From IMG/VR virus record IMGVR_UViG_3300035093_000027: 64,000 nucleotides of DNA; one strand, written 5' to 3'. How positions within the stretch are numbered: position 1 is the stretch's first letter; the number at the start of each line of letters is the position of its first letter. A program made the position numbers and the translations under genes. This DNA is from an uncultured virus (IMG/VR IMGVR_UViG_3300035093_000027) (Duplodnaviria > Heunggongvirae > Uroviricota > Caudoviricetes). Shown here one piece after another: positions 8,650-19,268 of the stretch. The notes beneath the pieces were generated by a model. That model ran no database searches and was not told the origin of the DNA. It saw nothing but the letters and a program-made list of their open reading frames with translations.

Positions 8650-9603
8650 GTGTCCGACCCCGAGTGGCAGTTCGAGTGCGGCGACGGCCTGAACGGCATG
8701 CTCGGCTTGTCCGCGGTCGACCACACGTTCACCGACGTGCCGTTCTCAGCGCGCGTCGACGAGAACCATGCCGCCGAAGGCGTGCGCGACCCGGGCGAGT
8801 TCGACTTCGAGCCGATGACACCCGAGTTGCTCGATCGAGCGTCGCGCGTGATCGCAGCGAAGACACGTCGATGGGCGCTCGTCATCACCGACTACGAAGA
8901 GGGCGTGCCGGCATGGAAGGCCGCGCTCGAGAACTGCGGGATGAAGTTCTGGGCGACGGGACACTTCCGCAAGTCCAACCCCAAGCCGCTCATGCGCGGC
9001 GTCGGTCCGGCGCAGCCCAACGAAGCGGTCGTGATCTGCCACGGCGCTCACCTCGAGCAGCGGTGGAACGGCGGCGGCAAGCCAGCGGAGTGGACGGCCG
9101 CGGTCGTCAAAGGGCTCGAGCGTTGCCACCCCACACAGAAGCCAACGATGCTGCTGCGCCAGCTCATCGAAGACTTCAGCGATCCCGGCGAGCTGATCGC
9201 TGATCCGTTCGGCGGCGTCGCGACGACGGGTGTCGCAGCGGTCGCGTGCGGTCGTCGCTTCTGGGGCGCCGAGCTCAAGCCGCACTATCACGCGCTCGGC
9301 ATCCAGCGCCTGTCGATGCCGCTGTTCGATCCCAGACCAGAACAGCGATCGCTGCTCGAAGACCACGAGCCCAAGGGCCACGTCTCGCGCGCGCGCATGG
9401 AGCTCGAGCGCTACATCCTTGACTTCGTGCGCTCGAGCAACGGCGAAGGCGTGAACATCTCGATGCTCGCGTCGGCGTTGCCGAACGCGAACGACAAAGA
9501 GTTGCAGCGCATCTTGGCGAAGCTCGTCAAGACCAAGGCGCTACACAAGACCGGAAAGACTGCATCGACGCGCTACCACGCGCTCGGACAAGGAACGCTA
9601 TGA
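8650..9603 (+). CDS. Beta-class N4/N6 DNA methyltransferase fused to a C-terminal winged HTH
   Basis: GDGL, TDVPF (motif IV variant), HPTQKP, DPFGG..TTGVAA..GRRFWGAEL; tail ILDFVRS..NISMLASAL..LQRILAKLVKTKALHKTG..TRY. Confidence 0.85.
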   Translation: MSDPEWQFECGDGLNGMLGLSAVDHTFTDVPFSARVDENHAAEGVRDPGEFDFEPMTPELLDRASRVIAAKTRRWALVITDYEEGVPAWKAALENCGMKFWATGHFRKSNPKPLMRGVGPAQPNEAVVICHGAHLEQRWNGGGKPAEWTAAVVKGLERCHPTQKPTMLLRQLIEDFSDPGELIADPFGGVATTGVAAVACGRRFWGAELKPHYHALGIQRLSMPLFDPRPEQRSLLEDHEPKGHVSRARMELERYILDFVRSSNGEGVNISMLASALPNANDKELQRILAKLVKTKALHKTGKTASTRYHALGQGTL

Positions 9604-10997
9604 ACCCCGACAAGCGAAAAGAGATCCTCAGCCGCACCGCCATCGTCGCACCGCCGTCGCTGACGCCACAGTTCCCAGCCGCGGCCGCAGGACCCGCAGG
9701 TCAGGGCTACGAGGTCGTGCCGCACGAAGATCCGGCGAAGGTGCAGGCGAGTGGACGCGGCGTTCACTTGGCGCCGGGCACCGTCAAGGGCATGGGAGGC
9801 GCGGATATTAAGATGACCCAGGGCGCACCACAGGCTGCCTCCGTGAACGTGCGCGGAGCGGTGCCCGTCGCCGGCGCGAAGACGGGCGCGACCGTGCAGA
9901 TGCAGGGTGCGAGCCGTCAAGTCGGCGTGCGCGGTGCGACGCTCGTCGGTCAGCACGGCCAGCCTGCGCCCATCGCCGGGATCGGACCCCAGCCCGCGCG
10001 GCAACTCGCGCCGGTGCCCAACACGTCCAAGGGATGGTCGGGCGCCGCGATCCCGACCGCTCGCCCGACGGGACCCGCCGCGCCGACGGTCGACCTGACG
10101 ATCATGCTCTCGCAGCACGCGCGCCCGAACCTGATCGAGGGCCAGCGCCGCGCACTCGACAGCTCGACGGTGCAGCCCGCCGCGCTGGCGTGCTTTATCA
10201 ACCCCGCCGGGATCCAGCTCAACGATCGCGCGTTGGCTGGGATCGCGACGGTGCGCGCGGCCTTCGACATGGGCCCGTGGATGCGGTGGACCTTCGCGAC
10301 CGAGACGACCACGAAGTACGTGCTGATCCTGGACGACGACTGCAACCCGGGGATCAACTGGATCCGTCTGGCCATCGAGCGTCTCGAGCTCGCCGAGCAG
10401 CGCGGCGAGCAGATCATCGTCGCGTGTGCCGGCACCATGTTCCAGAGCGACACCTACGACGACACGTACCCCATCGGGCCCGAGGCGCCGCGCATGGACG
10501 AGGTCGTGGCCGATGTCGGGCGCGGCGGATGGCTGATGCGTCGCGAGATGCTCGCGCCGATCCTCGCGTACCCGCGCCTGGGCACCACGCCCATGACACA
10601 GCGCCTCGCCGTGCCGCTCCACGTTGCGGCCGCGCTGCAGGACGCGATGCACTCGATCGTCGTGCTGCCGTTCTCGCCGGCCGAGAAAAGCGGATGGGGC
10701 ATGCTCGAGGCGCCCAAGCAGCCCGACCCGGGCTCGACCTCGGCGCAGATCGACGTGCAGGCGAAGGCGAACGCCGACTACCCGTCGTGGTGGTACCGGC
10801 AGGACGCCTACAACCACTACCGTGCCGCCGGCGGCTGGGAGCCGCACGTGGTGATGGCGGCCGCATCGACGGTCGAGCTCCAGCACAGCGACTTCCAGTC
10901 CAACCCCGTGCCGCCTCCGGTCGCTCCGCCGGCGAAGCCGAAGGCGGCAGCGGCTGCGCCCGCTCCGAAGGTCGAGGAGGCATCGGAGTCGGCATGA
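9600..10997 (+). CDS. GT-A-like glycosyltransferase with long low-complexity N-terminus
   Basis: KYVLILDDD DxD motif; about 160-aa A/P/G/Q-rich N-terminus. Confidence 0.65.
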   Translation: MNPDKRKEILSRTAIVAPPSLTPQFPAAAAGPAGQGYEVVPHEDPAKVQASGRGVHLAPGTVKGMGGADIKMTQGAPQAASVNVRGAVPVAGAKTGATVQMQGASRQVGVRGATLVGQHGQPAPIAGIGPQPARQLAPVPNTSKGWSGAAIPTARPTGPAAPTVDLTIMLSQHARPNLIEGQRRALDSSTVQPAALACFINPAGIQLNDRALAGIATVRAAFDMGPWMRWTFATETTTKYVLILDDDCNPGINWIRLAIERLELAEQRGEQIIVACAGTMFQSDTYDDTYPIGPEAPRMDEVVADVGRGGWLMRREMLAPILAYPRLGTTPMTQRLAVPLHVAAALQDAMHSIVVLPFSPAEKSGWGMLEAPKQPDPGSTSAQIDVQAKANADYPSWWYRQDAYNHYRAAGGWEPHVVMAAASTVELQHSDFQSNPVPPPVAPPAKPKAAAAAPAPKVEEASESA

Positions 10998-11161
10998 GCG
11001 CGAAGATGAAGGCCAAGATCCACGTCGGCAAAGCGGCAGCACGTCCCAAGGGGCTGCGGATCCGCGTCGGCGGACGACCGGGATCGTCGGGACGCGTGGT
11101 GTACGAGCGCACCACGTGCTGCTGGTCGATCCGGCAGAGCGAGTCGCAGATCCGCAGGTGA
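10994..11161 (+). CDS. Small basic hypothetical protein
   Basis: ATGA overlap; MSAKMKAKIHVGK... Confidence 0.5.
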   Translation: MSAKMKAKIHVGKAAARPKGLRIRVGGRPGSSGRVVYERTTCCWSIRQSESQIRR

Positions 11162-11376
11162 GGCGAAGCCGCCGCATCTCGCGGTGCGAGTTGATCCGGC
11201 CCGACGGCTACCGATGCGACCATCGGGCATGGATCGATCGTGACGGACGCCGCGTGTGCGGGACGCATCGCTGGACGCCCAATCCCCGCTACGTCCAGAA
11301 AGAAGGCAAGATCGACGCATGCTCCGGATCACCACACGAGAAGCACCCCGCGAACGGATCCGATCCGGACGCGTGA
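11158..11376 (+). CDS. Small Cys/His protein
   Basis: GTGA overlap; C..C..CGTH pattern. Confidence 0.45.
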   Translation: MRRSRRISRCELIRPDGYRCDHRAWIDRDGRRVCGTHRWTPNPRYVQKEGKIDACSGSPHEKHPANGSDPDA

Positions 11377-11537
11377 AGCCCAGTCCGACGCAGCGCTTCG
11401 TCGCTGCAATCCGCTCGGCGAGCCTGCGTCGGCCGCAGCCCAACCCCGGATCGTCGATCTCCGCGCTGCCGTGGGTGCACGGGGGCTGTTGAGCGCGCGC
11501 CAAGCCCCGCGGTCCGCGGGTGAAGTGAGAGGATGAG

Positions 11538-11798
11538 ATGCGATACCGACTGCCTCGTGAGATCCGACTGCGCCGAGCGAACGTCGAGCGCAAAGAAGGG
11601 CCACCACCGATCCAGCACGGGCACTGGCATGGCAGGGCGGACAAGTTCGATCCGGAGTGCTACGACTGCACGAGCTCGGCTCACCGCACACGCACGCTGC
11701 TCGCGGGCTCTCCGGAAGCCGTGCAAGCGCTGTGGGATCTCTGCCATCGCACGCCACTGCGGCAGAACATCGCCGAGCGTGTCGTGAAGATCGCGTGA
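11538..11798 (+). CDS. Hypothetical protein
   Basis: GAGGA RBS; fits the operon. Confidence 0.55.
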   Translation: MRYRLPREIRLRRANVERKEGPPPIQHGHWHGRADKFDPECYDCTSSAHRTRTLLAGSPEAVQALWDLCHRTPLRQNIAERVVKIA

Positions 11799-11816
11799 AC
11801 CAAGGGACGACGCTAG

Positions 11817-12641
11817 ATGTTCACGCAGGACCACGGTCGCGACCTCGACGCGCTGCTCGGCATGACCGATCCAATCGCGCTCGTGCGCTTCGGCGACGGA
11901 GAGATCGCTCTCATCGACGGCAACGTCCACAAGTCCGCCGACGCATGGCGGACCACGGGTCCCTCGTGGATCCGCGGCGATCTGGTGACGTCGCTGCGGC
12001 ATGCCGCCGACGGCTGGTGCATCGGACTTCCCACGCCGTGCTGCCTGCGCTCCGGGATCCGGATCCATCCGGCCGTGCGTGTGCCTGCGCCGCAGCGCAC
12101 CTTCGCGACGCTGTTCCTGCACTCCAACCTGCACCGGATCCACGACGTGCTCGAGCGCTTCTCGAGCGCCATCATCGTCGGATCGTGGTTCGGCGACGTC
12201 CGGATCCCCGAAGATGGCGTGAGCAAGTCGTGGGACATCGACGCGTGCGTCGACGAGATCATCCGGGCCGATCGCGACGTCCTGCTCGCCGCGGGCCCCT
12301 GCGCCAACGTGATCGCGATGAAGTACTGGGAGCGCGTGCCGGCCGAGGCGCGCCACTTCGTGCTCGATGTCGGATCGGCGCTCGACGTGCACCACGGCAA
12401 GCTGACCCGGCACTTCCACGACACGATGCTCGACCACCGATGCGTCTGGTCGACCGTGCGTGACGCACCAGGACGGCCCGCAGGACGTGTCGAGCGCCAG
12501 CGGACCGTCGTGCGACCGTACACGCCGCCCGAGCCCGTCGATCCCATCACGGCAGCGCCGGCCAAGCCGAAGATCCAAGAGCGCGGGCGCGTGCGCGCCG
12601 AGCCGCTGGGCAAGACCACGAAGATCGGAAAGAGACCATGA
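11817..12641 (+). CDS. GT-D fold (DUF1792-like) glycosyltransferase
   Basis: LVRFGDGEIALIDG, LAAGPCANVIA, LDVGSALD. Confidence 0.75.
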   Translation: MFTQDHGRDLDALLGMTDPIALVRFGDGEIALIDGNVHKSADAWRTTGPSWIRGDLVTSLRHAADGWCIGLPTPCCLRSGIRIHPAVRVPAPQRTFATLFLHSNLHRIHDVLERFSSAIIVGSWFGDVRIPEDGVSKSWDIDACVDEIIRADRDVLLAAGPCANVIAMKYWERVPAEARHFVLDVGSALDVHHGKLTRHFHDTMLDHRCVWSTVRDAPGRPAGRVERQRTVVRPYTPPEPVDPITAAPAKPKIQERGRVRAEPLGKTTKIGKRP

Positions 12642-13582
12642 GCGCTCGCTTCAAGCCCTCAGCAACGACCATCCGATCTCGCGGTGCATCCGCGCCGATC
12701 CAGGTGGTCGACACCAATGTCCCGCGCGCCGTCGGCGACGCGCCGACGATCCTGACCCGAGGCCGTCGGCGAGGCTTCGCCGCGACCGTGACGACGCCCG
12801 TCGCCAAGACCGTGAAGGCCGAGGCCCTACTGGGCCACGCCGCGATCCGGCAGCGTGAGCATCGTCAGTCGGGCAAAGACGACGACGTCAACGTCGTCGA
12901 TCCGAACAAGGTGCGCGGCGAGGCGATCGCGGTCGTGGTCAGCAAGCGACCCGGGATGGCCGCGTACGTCGGTCGCATGCTCGCGTGGCAGAGCCTGCGT
13001 CCCACGCACGTCGTCGTCTGCTCGTCGGTGCGCGACTACGACACCAAGCCCATCGAGGAGGCGCTGCCGGGGATCCCGGTCGTGTTCGTACGCGCCGATG
13101 GGGCTGCCAGCCTCGGCGAGCTCCGCAACTCGGCGATGCAGGTGGCGAGCTCGCTGTCGGACAAGGCGATCATGTGCACGATCGACGACGACGACTGCTA
13201 CGGCGTGCACTACCTCGCCGGGATCATGCACGCGTGGCACCGCCACCCGATCGCGCTGGTAGTCGGCCTCGGCTCGTTCGAGACTCGCAGCGTCGACGGC
13301 CCGCCCGCGGGTCCACTGACGCAGCGCTACCGCGTGCGCTCGGGTCTGCGTGCGCCGATCAGCGGCGCGACGATCTCGATTCCGGTCCGGGTGTGGAAGG
13401 AGCGCCACGACCTGCGGTACGCCGCAATCGGTTGCGGCGAGGACATCGAGTTCCTCAAGCGCGTGCAGGCCGAGAACCGGGTCGCCGCGGCGGCGTTCGG
13501 CGACTTCGTCGCGCTGCGCTATACCGACCCCGCGCACGCGCACACGTCCGTCAACCGCGGGATCCCGGGAGTCGCCCCTTGA
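12638..13582 (+). CDS. Glycosyltransferase family 2
   Basis: SLGELRN, TIDDDDCYGVHYL, GEDIEF. Confidence 0.8.
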   Translation: MSARFKPSATTIRSRGASAPIQVVDTNVPRAVGDAPTILTRGRRRGFAATVTTPVAKTVKAEALLGHAAIRQREHRQSGKDDDVNVVDPNKVRGEAIAVVVSKRPGMAAYVGRMLAWQSLRPTHVVVCSSVRDYDTKPIEEALPGIPVVFVRADGAASLGELRNSAMQVASSLSDKAIMCTIDDDDCYGVHYLAGIMHAWHRHPIALVVGLGSFETRSVDGPPAGPLTQRYRVRSGLRAPISGATISIPVRVWKERHDLRYAAIGCGEDIEFLKRVQAENRVAAAAFGDFVALRYTDPAHAHTSVNRGIPGVAP

Positions 13583-14457
13583 AACGCAAGCTGCGCCGCG
13601 CCTCCGGACGCCCGATCGTCGTCGACAATCGGACTCCGGGGCTTCAGCTCACGCCCGTACGCTCCCAGGCGCAGGCCGGACCGCGCGTCCCGGCTCCGCC
13701 CGCAATCGCACGGATGGCGAGCTCGGAGGCACAACGCGCGCTGGTGAGCGATCTCGTGCAGTACGTCTCGGACCACCCCGTCGCGCGCGACCAGCCGCTG
13801 GTCGCAGTCGTGGTGCCCGTGCTGCGGCGACCCCACCGGGTCGCACCGCTCGTGCAGTCGTTTCGGGCGACGACCGACCCGAGCGAGGCGCGGCTGTACT
13901 TCGTGGCGCAGGCCAGCGACATGGCGGAGATCGACGCGATCCGCTCGGCCGGCCTCGAGCCCATCATCGTCGGCGACGTCGACCAGAGCTGGGCGCGCAA
14001 GATCAACCGCGGCTACGAGCGCACCACCGAGCCATGGATCCTGCTCGCGGCCGACGACCTGCGGTTCCACCCGCGCTGGCTCGATGAGGTGCGCGCGATG
14101 CTCCTGACGTTCCAAGGCGTGATCGGCACCAACGATCTCGGCAGCCCCGACACCGCCAACGGCAACCGGTCGACGCACCCGTTCGTGAACCGCGCGTACG
14201 CGGCGATCTGCGGCACAGCCGACGAGCGCAACAAGATCTGCCACGAGGGCTACCACCACAACTTCCCCGACACCGAGCTCGTCATGACCGCGAAGGCTCG
14301 CGGCATGTTCCGTCATAGCCCGCGCTGTTGCCTCGAGCACCTGCACCCGTTGTGGGGCAAGGCGCCGCACGACGAGATCTACAAGCTCGGCATGAGCCGC
14401 TGGTACGAGGATCAGGCGCTCTTCTACCGCCGCGTCGCGGCGCACGGATTTCAGTGA
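13579..14457 (+). CDS. Glycosyltransferase family 2
   Basis: VAVVVPVLRRP, KINRGY, LLAADDL, HNFPDTEL, EHLHP; TTG start overlaps the previous stop. Confidence 0.8.
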   Translation: MKRKLRRASGRPIVVDNRTPGLQLTPVRSQAQAGPRVPAPPAIARMASSEAQRALVSDLVQYVSDHPVARDQPLVAVVVPVLRRPHRVAPLVQSFRATTDPSEARLYFVAQASDMAEIDAIRSAGLEPIIVGDVDQSWARKINRGYERTTEPWILLAADDLRFHPRWLDEVRAMLLTFQGVIGTNDLGSPDTANGNRSTHPFVNRAYAAICGTADERNKICHEGYHHNFPDTELVMTAKARGMFRHSPRCCLEHLHPLWGKAPHDEIYKLGMSRWYEDQALFYRRVAAHGFQ

Positions 14458-15149
14458 TGGGCGTCAAGTTTCTCAACCAGGGCAATGCACGAGGCTCGAG
14501 CGTGCCGGCCACCCCCAACGTCGGATCGCGCGCGCTGTACGCGCCGAGGATGCGGATCGCCGCGCAGGCGCCCGACACGAAGATCTTGCTGTCGGTGCTC
14601 GTGCCCACCGTGCCGGGCCGCGAGCACAAACTCGCCAAACTGCTCGCCGTGCTCGACTCGCAGATCGCCGCGCGCTCCGACGTTGAGCTGCTCGTGCTCC
14701 GCGACAACCGAAGCATGACGATCGGCGAGAAGCGCAACCGGATGCTAGCGATCTCCCGCGGCGCGTACGTGGCGTTCGTCGACGACGACGACGAGGTCAT
14801 GTCCGACTACGTCAGCTCGATTGCGCCGCGGCTCGCCGAGTCGCCAGACGTACTGTGCTTCGACGTGGTGGTCCACGGGCACGGTGCGCCCAAGACCTGC
14901 TACTACAGCCTGGCGATGAGCGACCAGAACCTGCCCGATCGCTACCATCGCAAGCCGAACCACCTCATGGTGTGGCGCCGCGAGCTCGCGGTGGCGTGTC
15001 CGTTCCCCTCGGTCAAGACCGGAGAGGACACGGCGTGGGCCAACCAGATCTGCTCACGCGCGACCAAAGAGATCCACGTGCCGCGCACGCTCTACAGCTA
15101 CAACTACGACCCAGCGGACAACTCCGCGACGCCGCGCCCAGCGAAGTGA
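14457..15149 (+). CDS. Glycosyltransferase family 2
   Basis: LSVLVPTVPGR, IGEKRN, YVAFVDDDD, GEDTAW. Confidence 0.85.
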   Translation: MGVKFLNQGNARGSSVPATPNVGSRALYAPRMRIAAQAPDTKILLSVLVPTVPGREHKLAKLLAVLDSQIAARSDVELLVLRDNRSMTIGEKRNRMLAISRGAYVAFVDDDDEVMSDYVSSIAPRLAESPDVLCFDVVVHGHGAPKTCYYSLAMSDQNLPDRYHRKPNHLMVWRRELAVACPFPSVKTGEDTAWANQICSRATKEIHVPRTLYSYNYDPADNSATPRPAK

Positions 15150-15159
15150 GGGATCGTCC

Positions 15160-16413
15160 ATGATCACGAGATCCGAGTGCCGCCTGTGCGGCAAGGCCAT
15201 GACCGACGTCCTTAGCCTCGGCGACATTGTGCCCGTCGACTTCATCGCGCCTGGCGCAGACGTGCGACCCGCTTTGCCGCTGACGCTCGCGCAGTGTGGC
15301 GAGTGCAGCCTCGTGCAGTTGCGGCACATGTTCGATCGCGACAGCCTGTTCCGCCAGTACTGGTACCTGAGCGGCCTGAATCCGACGATGGTCGATGCCC
15401 TGCGCGACGTCGTCGAAGGCGTGAAGGCCCGTGTCGCGCTCGAGGCCGGAGACGTCGTCGTCGACATCGGCGCCAACGACGGGACGCTGCTCGACCTGTA
15501 CGACGAGTCGCTGCACAAGATCGGCTTCGATCCCGCGCTCAACCTCGAGCAGAGCGCGAAGGCGTCGTGCGACCTGTTCGTGAACGACTACTTCGAGACG
15601 TCCGATGTCGATCTGCCGCCGGCCAAGGTGATCACGAGCATTGCGATGTTCTACGACCTCGACGATCCACGCGCGTTCCTGCGGCGCATCGTCACGTCAC
15701 TGCGCAAGGACGGGATCTGGGTCATGCAGATGACCGACCTGGTCAGGATGCTGCGCGCCAACGCGTTCGACAACATTTGCCACGAGCACGTCTGCTACTA
15801 CTCGCTCGCGGTCTTCGCCAACCTCGTGGCCGAGTACGGCCTGCGCGTGTTCGATGTCGAGTTCAACGATGTCAACGGCGCGAGCGTGCGCGCGTACATC
15901 GGGTGGAACGGCGCCCACGAGGTCAACTCGCGCGTCGCGGCCGCACTCGCCGACGAGGCGGCGTACCTGTGCGAGGACGACGCCATCGTGGCGTTCGCGG
16001 AGCGCGTCCGCACTGGCAAGGAGAGTCTGCTGCGGTTTCTCCGGTCCGAGCTCGCCGCCGGCAAGGTGTTCCACGCGATGGGCGCGAGCACGAAGGGCAA
16101 CACGCTGTTGCAGTTCTACGGACTGTCGCGCGCGCAGATCCACGTGGCCGCCGAGGTGAGCCCCGCGAAGTTCGGCCTCCTGATGGCTGGATGCGACGTG
16201 CCCATCGTGCCGCAGGAGGAGTCGCTCGCCCGGCGCCCCGATTACTACCTGGTGCTGCCCTGGCACTTCATCGACTTCCTCGCGCGCAAGCACGAGGGAT
16301 ACATGGCCGAGGGCGGTGCGCTCATCGTGCCCTTGCCCGCGCCGGCGCAGTACACCCGCGACGGTGCGCAGACGGCGGTGCGCCTGCTCGGCTCCAACTT
16401 GGGAGACGGCTGA
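15160..16413 (+). CDS. NDP-hexose C-methyltransferase (Zn-binding, Methyltransf_13/14 type)
   Basis: CRLCG, LAQCGECSLVQL, VDIGANDG, NICHEHVCYYS, GASTKGNTLL, PDYYLVLPWHF. Confidence 0.92.
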   Translation: MITRSECRLCGKAMTDVLSLGDIVPVDFIAPGADVRPALPLTLAQCGECSLVQLRHMFDRDSLFRQYWYLSGLNPTMVDALRDVVEGVKARVALEAGDVVVDIGANDGTLLDLYDESLHKIGFDPALNLEQSAKASCDLFVNDYFETSDVDLPPAKVITSIAMFYDLDDPRAFLRRIVTSLRKDGIWVMQMTDLVRMLRANAFDNICHEHVCYYSLAVFANLVAEYGLRVFDVEFNDVNGASVRAYIGWNGAHEVNSRVAAALADEAAYLCEDDAIVAFAERVRTGKESLLRFLRSELAAGKVFHAMGASTKGNTLLQFYGLSRAQIHVAAEVSPAKFGLLMAGCDVPIVPQEESLARRPDYYLVLPWHFIDFLARKHEGYMAEGGALIVPLPAPAQYTRDGAQTAVRLLGSNLGDG

Positions 16414-16880
16414 TGGCCGACATCGCGACCAAGAGCACCGGCCAGCTCCTCGACGAGCTGGTCACCAACGCGTTCAAGACGGTGCACGCCGCCGCCGAAG
16501 TGCGCGATGCCTCGGAGTTCTTGACGCGTCACACCCTACTGAGCGCTGCCATCGATCGACGCTTCGAGAAAACCGTGGCCGACTCAGTCGCGGTGGCCTG
16601 CTCTGTCTTGTTCCTGACGCCCGAGCAGGCGTGGCACGAACGGATCCTCGGACTGCCGCTCACCGCCGCTCTCCATGCCGCGTTGCTCAACTTGTGCGAG
16701 CACTCGTGTGCCACGTGGATCCACCAAGAGCACGTGATGAGCGGCGTGTCCGATGCTCTCGTGGCGAAGGCCGGGCGCGCCGCGCAGCAGTGCAACGCGC
16801 TGCGGACCGAGGCGATGCGGCGGATCGATCAGCTTCTCGGCGAGGCCGAGATCACCATCACGACCAAGACGTATGGCTAA
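16413..16880 (+). CDS. DUF4254-like helical protein
   Basis: STGQLLDEL...WIHQE...NALRTEAMRRID pattern; coupled start. Confidence 0.55.
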   Translation: MADIATKSTGQLLDELVTNAFKTVHAAAEVRDASEFLTRHTLLSAAIDRRFEKTVADSVAVACSVLFLTPEQAWHERILGLPLTAALHAALLNLCEHSCATWIHQEHVMSGVSDALVAKAGRAAQQCNALRTEAMRRIDQLLGEAEITITTKTYG

Positions 16881-18273
16881 GGCAGCGTGCGCGCACCCGG
16901 GCAAGATGGGCGACGCGCTGTACGCCCTGCCGGCGATCCGCGAGCTCGCCGAGCGCCACGGACCGGTCGACTTCTACACGAGCTCGTACTGCGCACCGAT
17001 GCGCCGTCTCTTCGAGGCGCAGTACTGCGTCGAGCGCTTCATCGTCGCCGAGGACTACGTGCTGCAGGACTTCGGCTGTGGCGCGCGACCGTGGACGGTT
17101 CCGATCCCCGAGGGCTACGAGGCCGTCTACCAGATGGGCTTCGAGCACTACCCCGAAGGCCCGATCCCCGACTACATCGCAACGCACGTCGGGCTGCCTG
17201 CGGGGCTTCCGATCCACTACGACTTCGATCTGCCCGACACGGAGATCGACGGTCCGTACATCGTCACCGCTCCGCGCGGGTACACGGAGTACTCGCACGT
17301 CTTCCGGGCGATCGCCGACCACTGTCCGATTGCAGTGGTGGAGATCGGGGCCGCCGGCGACGGCACCGGTTCTCCGCGCGCGATCGACAAGACGGGTCTC
17401 GACATGCTCGAGGTGCTGCCGTGGCTGTGTGGGGCTCGGGGCTTCTACGGGCTGCACTCCGCGATGCTCGTGCTCGCCAACGGCTTTCCGATCCCCAAGG
17501 TGGCGCCGCAGGGGCGCTGGGACATGCGGCACGTCGTGCGATCGCCGTACAACCAGTACCCCGTCGAGCCTGACGGCAACGAGATCCTCAAGCGACTGGG
17601 AGTGACGATGACGTACTGCAAGACCCTCGATCCCTCCGACTACGAGCCCATCCACGAGACGCAGCACGCCGACAGCATGAAGCGGATCGTCGGCACCTAC
17701 GGCGGCCGCGCCGAGCACCCACACCGCGCGTGGGAGTACGGGATCATCCTGCACGCGCTGCGCGAGCACGGATGCAAGTCGATCCTCGACGTCGGCGGCG
17801 GCGGATCGGTGTTCGCACCGGCGGCTTCGTGGGTCGGCATCGAGGTCACCGCGGTCGACCCCGAGGATTACGCCGCATGGGTGGCGCAGCAGAACCGCAT
17901 CGTCGCAGCGCACCATCCCGGCTCACCCGCGGTGCAGTACGTCCGCGAGGACTTCATGGCGTACCAGGGCGGCGAGTTCGACGCGGTCACGTGCGGCAGC
18001 GTGCTCGAGCACGTGCCCGACGACTTCGCGTTCTTCGCCAAGCTCGCCAGCCACGTTCGCGTCGGCGGACTACTCGCGCTCACGGTCGACTTCTGGCCCG
18101 ATGCCGCGCGCAAGAGCCCCGACCACCTGCGCACGTACAACGAGGATCGGCTCTCGGCGCTGGCGCAGTCGGTGCCCGGCTTCGAGACGCTGGGCCCGCT
18201 CGACTACGCCGATCGTGGCGCGCACGTCTACATCTACACGTTCGCGAGCCTCATGTTGCGGAGGGTGTCGTGA
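16873..18273 (+). CDS. Fusion of GT9-like glycosyltransferase and class I SAM methyltransferase
   Basis: N-terminal [19 protein letters not shown]-terminal [31 protein letters not shown]. Confidence 0.75.
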   Translation: MAKAACAHPGKMGDALYALPAIRELAERHGPVDFYTSSYCAPMRRLFEAQYCVERFIVAEDYVLQDFGCGARPWTVPIPEGYEAVYQMGFEHYPEGPIPDYIATHVGLPAGLPIHYDFDLPDTEIDGPYIVTAPRGYTEYSHVFRAIADHCPIAVVEIGAAGDGTGSPRAIDKTGLDMLEVLPWLCGARGFYGLHSAMLVLANGFPIPKVAPQGRWDMRHVVRSPYNQYPVEPDGNEILKRLGVTMTYCKTLDPSDYEPIHETQHADSMKRIVGTYGGRAEHPHRAWEYGIILHALREHGCKSILDVGGGGSVFAPAASWVGIEVTAVDPEDYAAWVAQQNRIVAAHHPGSPAVQYVREDFMAYQGGEFDAVTCGSVLEHVPDDFAFFAKLASHVRVGGLLALTVDFWPDAARKSPDHLRTYNEDRLSALAQSVPGFETLGPLDYADRGAHVYIYTFASLMLRRVS

Positions 18274-19268
18274 AGCGGGCGCTCGTCACAGGCATCACTG
18301 GACAATCGGGAAGCTTCCTCGCCGAGTTGCTTCTCGCCAAGGGCTACGTGGTCTACGGACTGATCCGACGCACGTCTGGCGTCACTACCGGCCGCATCGA
18401 GCACCTGCTCCGTGGAGATCATCCGATTCACCTCGTGTACGGCGACATGGCAGACGGTCTGTCGCTGCTCAACGCCGTGGAGATCGCCGAGCCCGATGAA
18501 GTCTACAACCTCGCGGGACAGAGCCAGGTCGGCGTGAGCTTCAAGATGCCCGACTACACCTGCGACGTAGTCGGCGCGGGCCCGATCCGTCTGCTCGAGG
18601 CTCTGCGCACGCTGCGATCGAAGGCACGCTTCTACCAAGCGTCGACGAGCGAGCTCTTCGGCAAGGTCGTCGAGACGCCGCAGACCGAGCGCACGCCCTT
18701 CCATCCGCGCAGTCCGTACGCCGCTGCAAAGGCGCAGGCCTTCTACGCGACGGTAAACTACCGCGAGGCGTACGGCATGTTCGCGGTCAACGGGATCCTC
18801 TATAACCACGAAAGCGAACGTCGCGGCGAAGAGTTCGTGACTCGCAAGATCACGCGCGCTGTCGCTCGGATCCATCTCGGCCTGCAGGAGTCTTTCGCGC
18901 TCGGCAACCTCGAGTCCAAGCGCGACTGGGGCTACGCCGGCGACTACGTCGAGGGCATGTGGAGGATGCTGCAAGCCGACACGCCCGACGACTACATCCT
19001 CGCGACCGGGCAGACGCACAGCGTGCGGGAGTTTGTCGATCTCGCGTTCGGGTGCGTCAGGATCAGCAACTGGGAGAAGCACGTGGTGCGCGACCCGGCG
19101 CTCGTGCGGCCCGCCGAGGTCGATCTGCTGCTCGGCGATGCATCCAAGGCCGAGCGCGAGCTCGGCTGGAAGCCGAAGGTCACGTTCGAGGAACTGGTGC
19201 GCATCATGGTCGAACACGACGTCGAGCGCGAAGCCGCGGCGAAGCATGCCGCCGAGGCTGAGTCGTGA
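18270..19268 (+). CDS. gmd: GDP-mannose 4,6-dehydratase
   Basis: [73 protein letters not shown]. Confidence 0.97.
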   Translation: MKRALVTGITGQSGSFLAELLLAKGYVVYGLIRRTSGVTTGRIEHLLRGDHPIHLVYGDMADGLSLLNAVEIAEPDEVYNLAGQSQVGVSFKMPDYTCDVVGAGPIRLLEALRTLRSKARFYQASTSELFGKVVETPQTERTPFHPRSPYAAAKAQAFYATVNYREAYGMFAVNGILYNHESERRGEEFVTRKITRAVARIHLGLQESFALGNLESKRDWGYAGDYVEGMWRMLQADTPDDYILATGQTHSVREFVDLAFGCVRISNWEKHVVRDPALVRPAEVDLLLGDASKAERELGWKPKVTFEELVRIMVEHDVEREAAAKHAAEAES

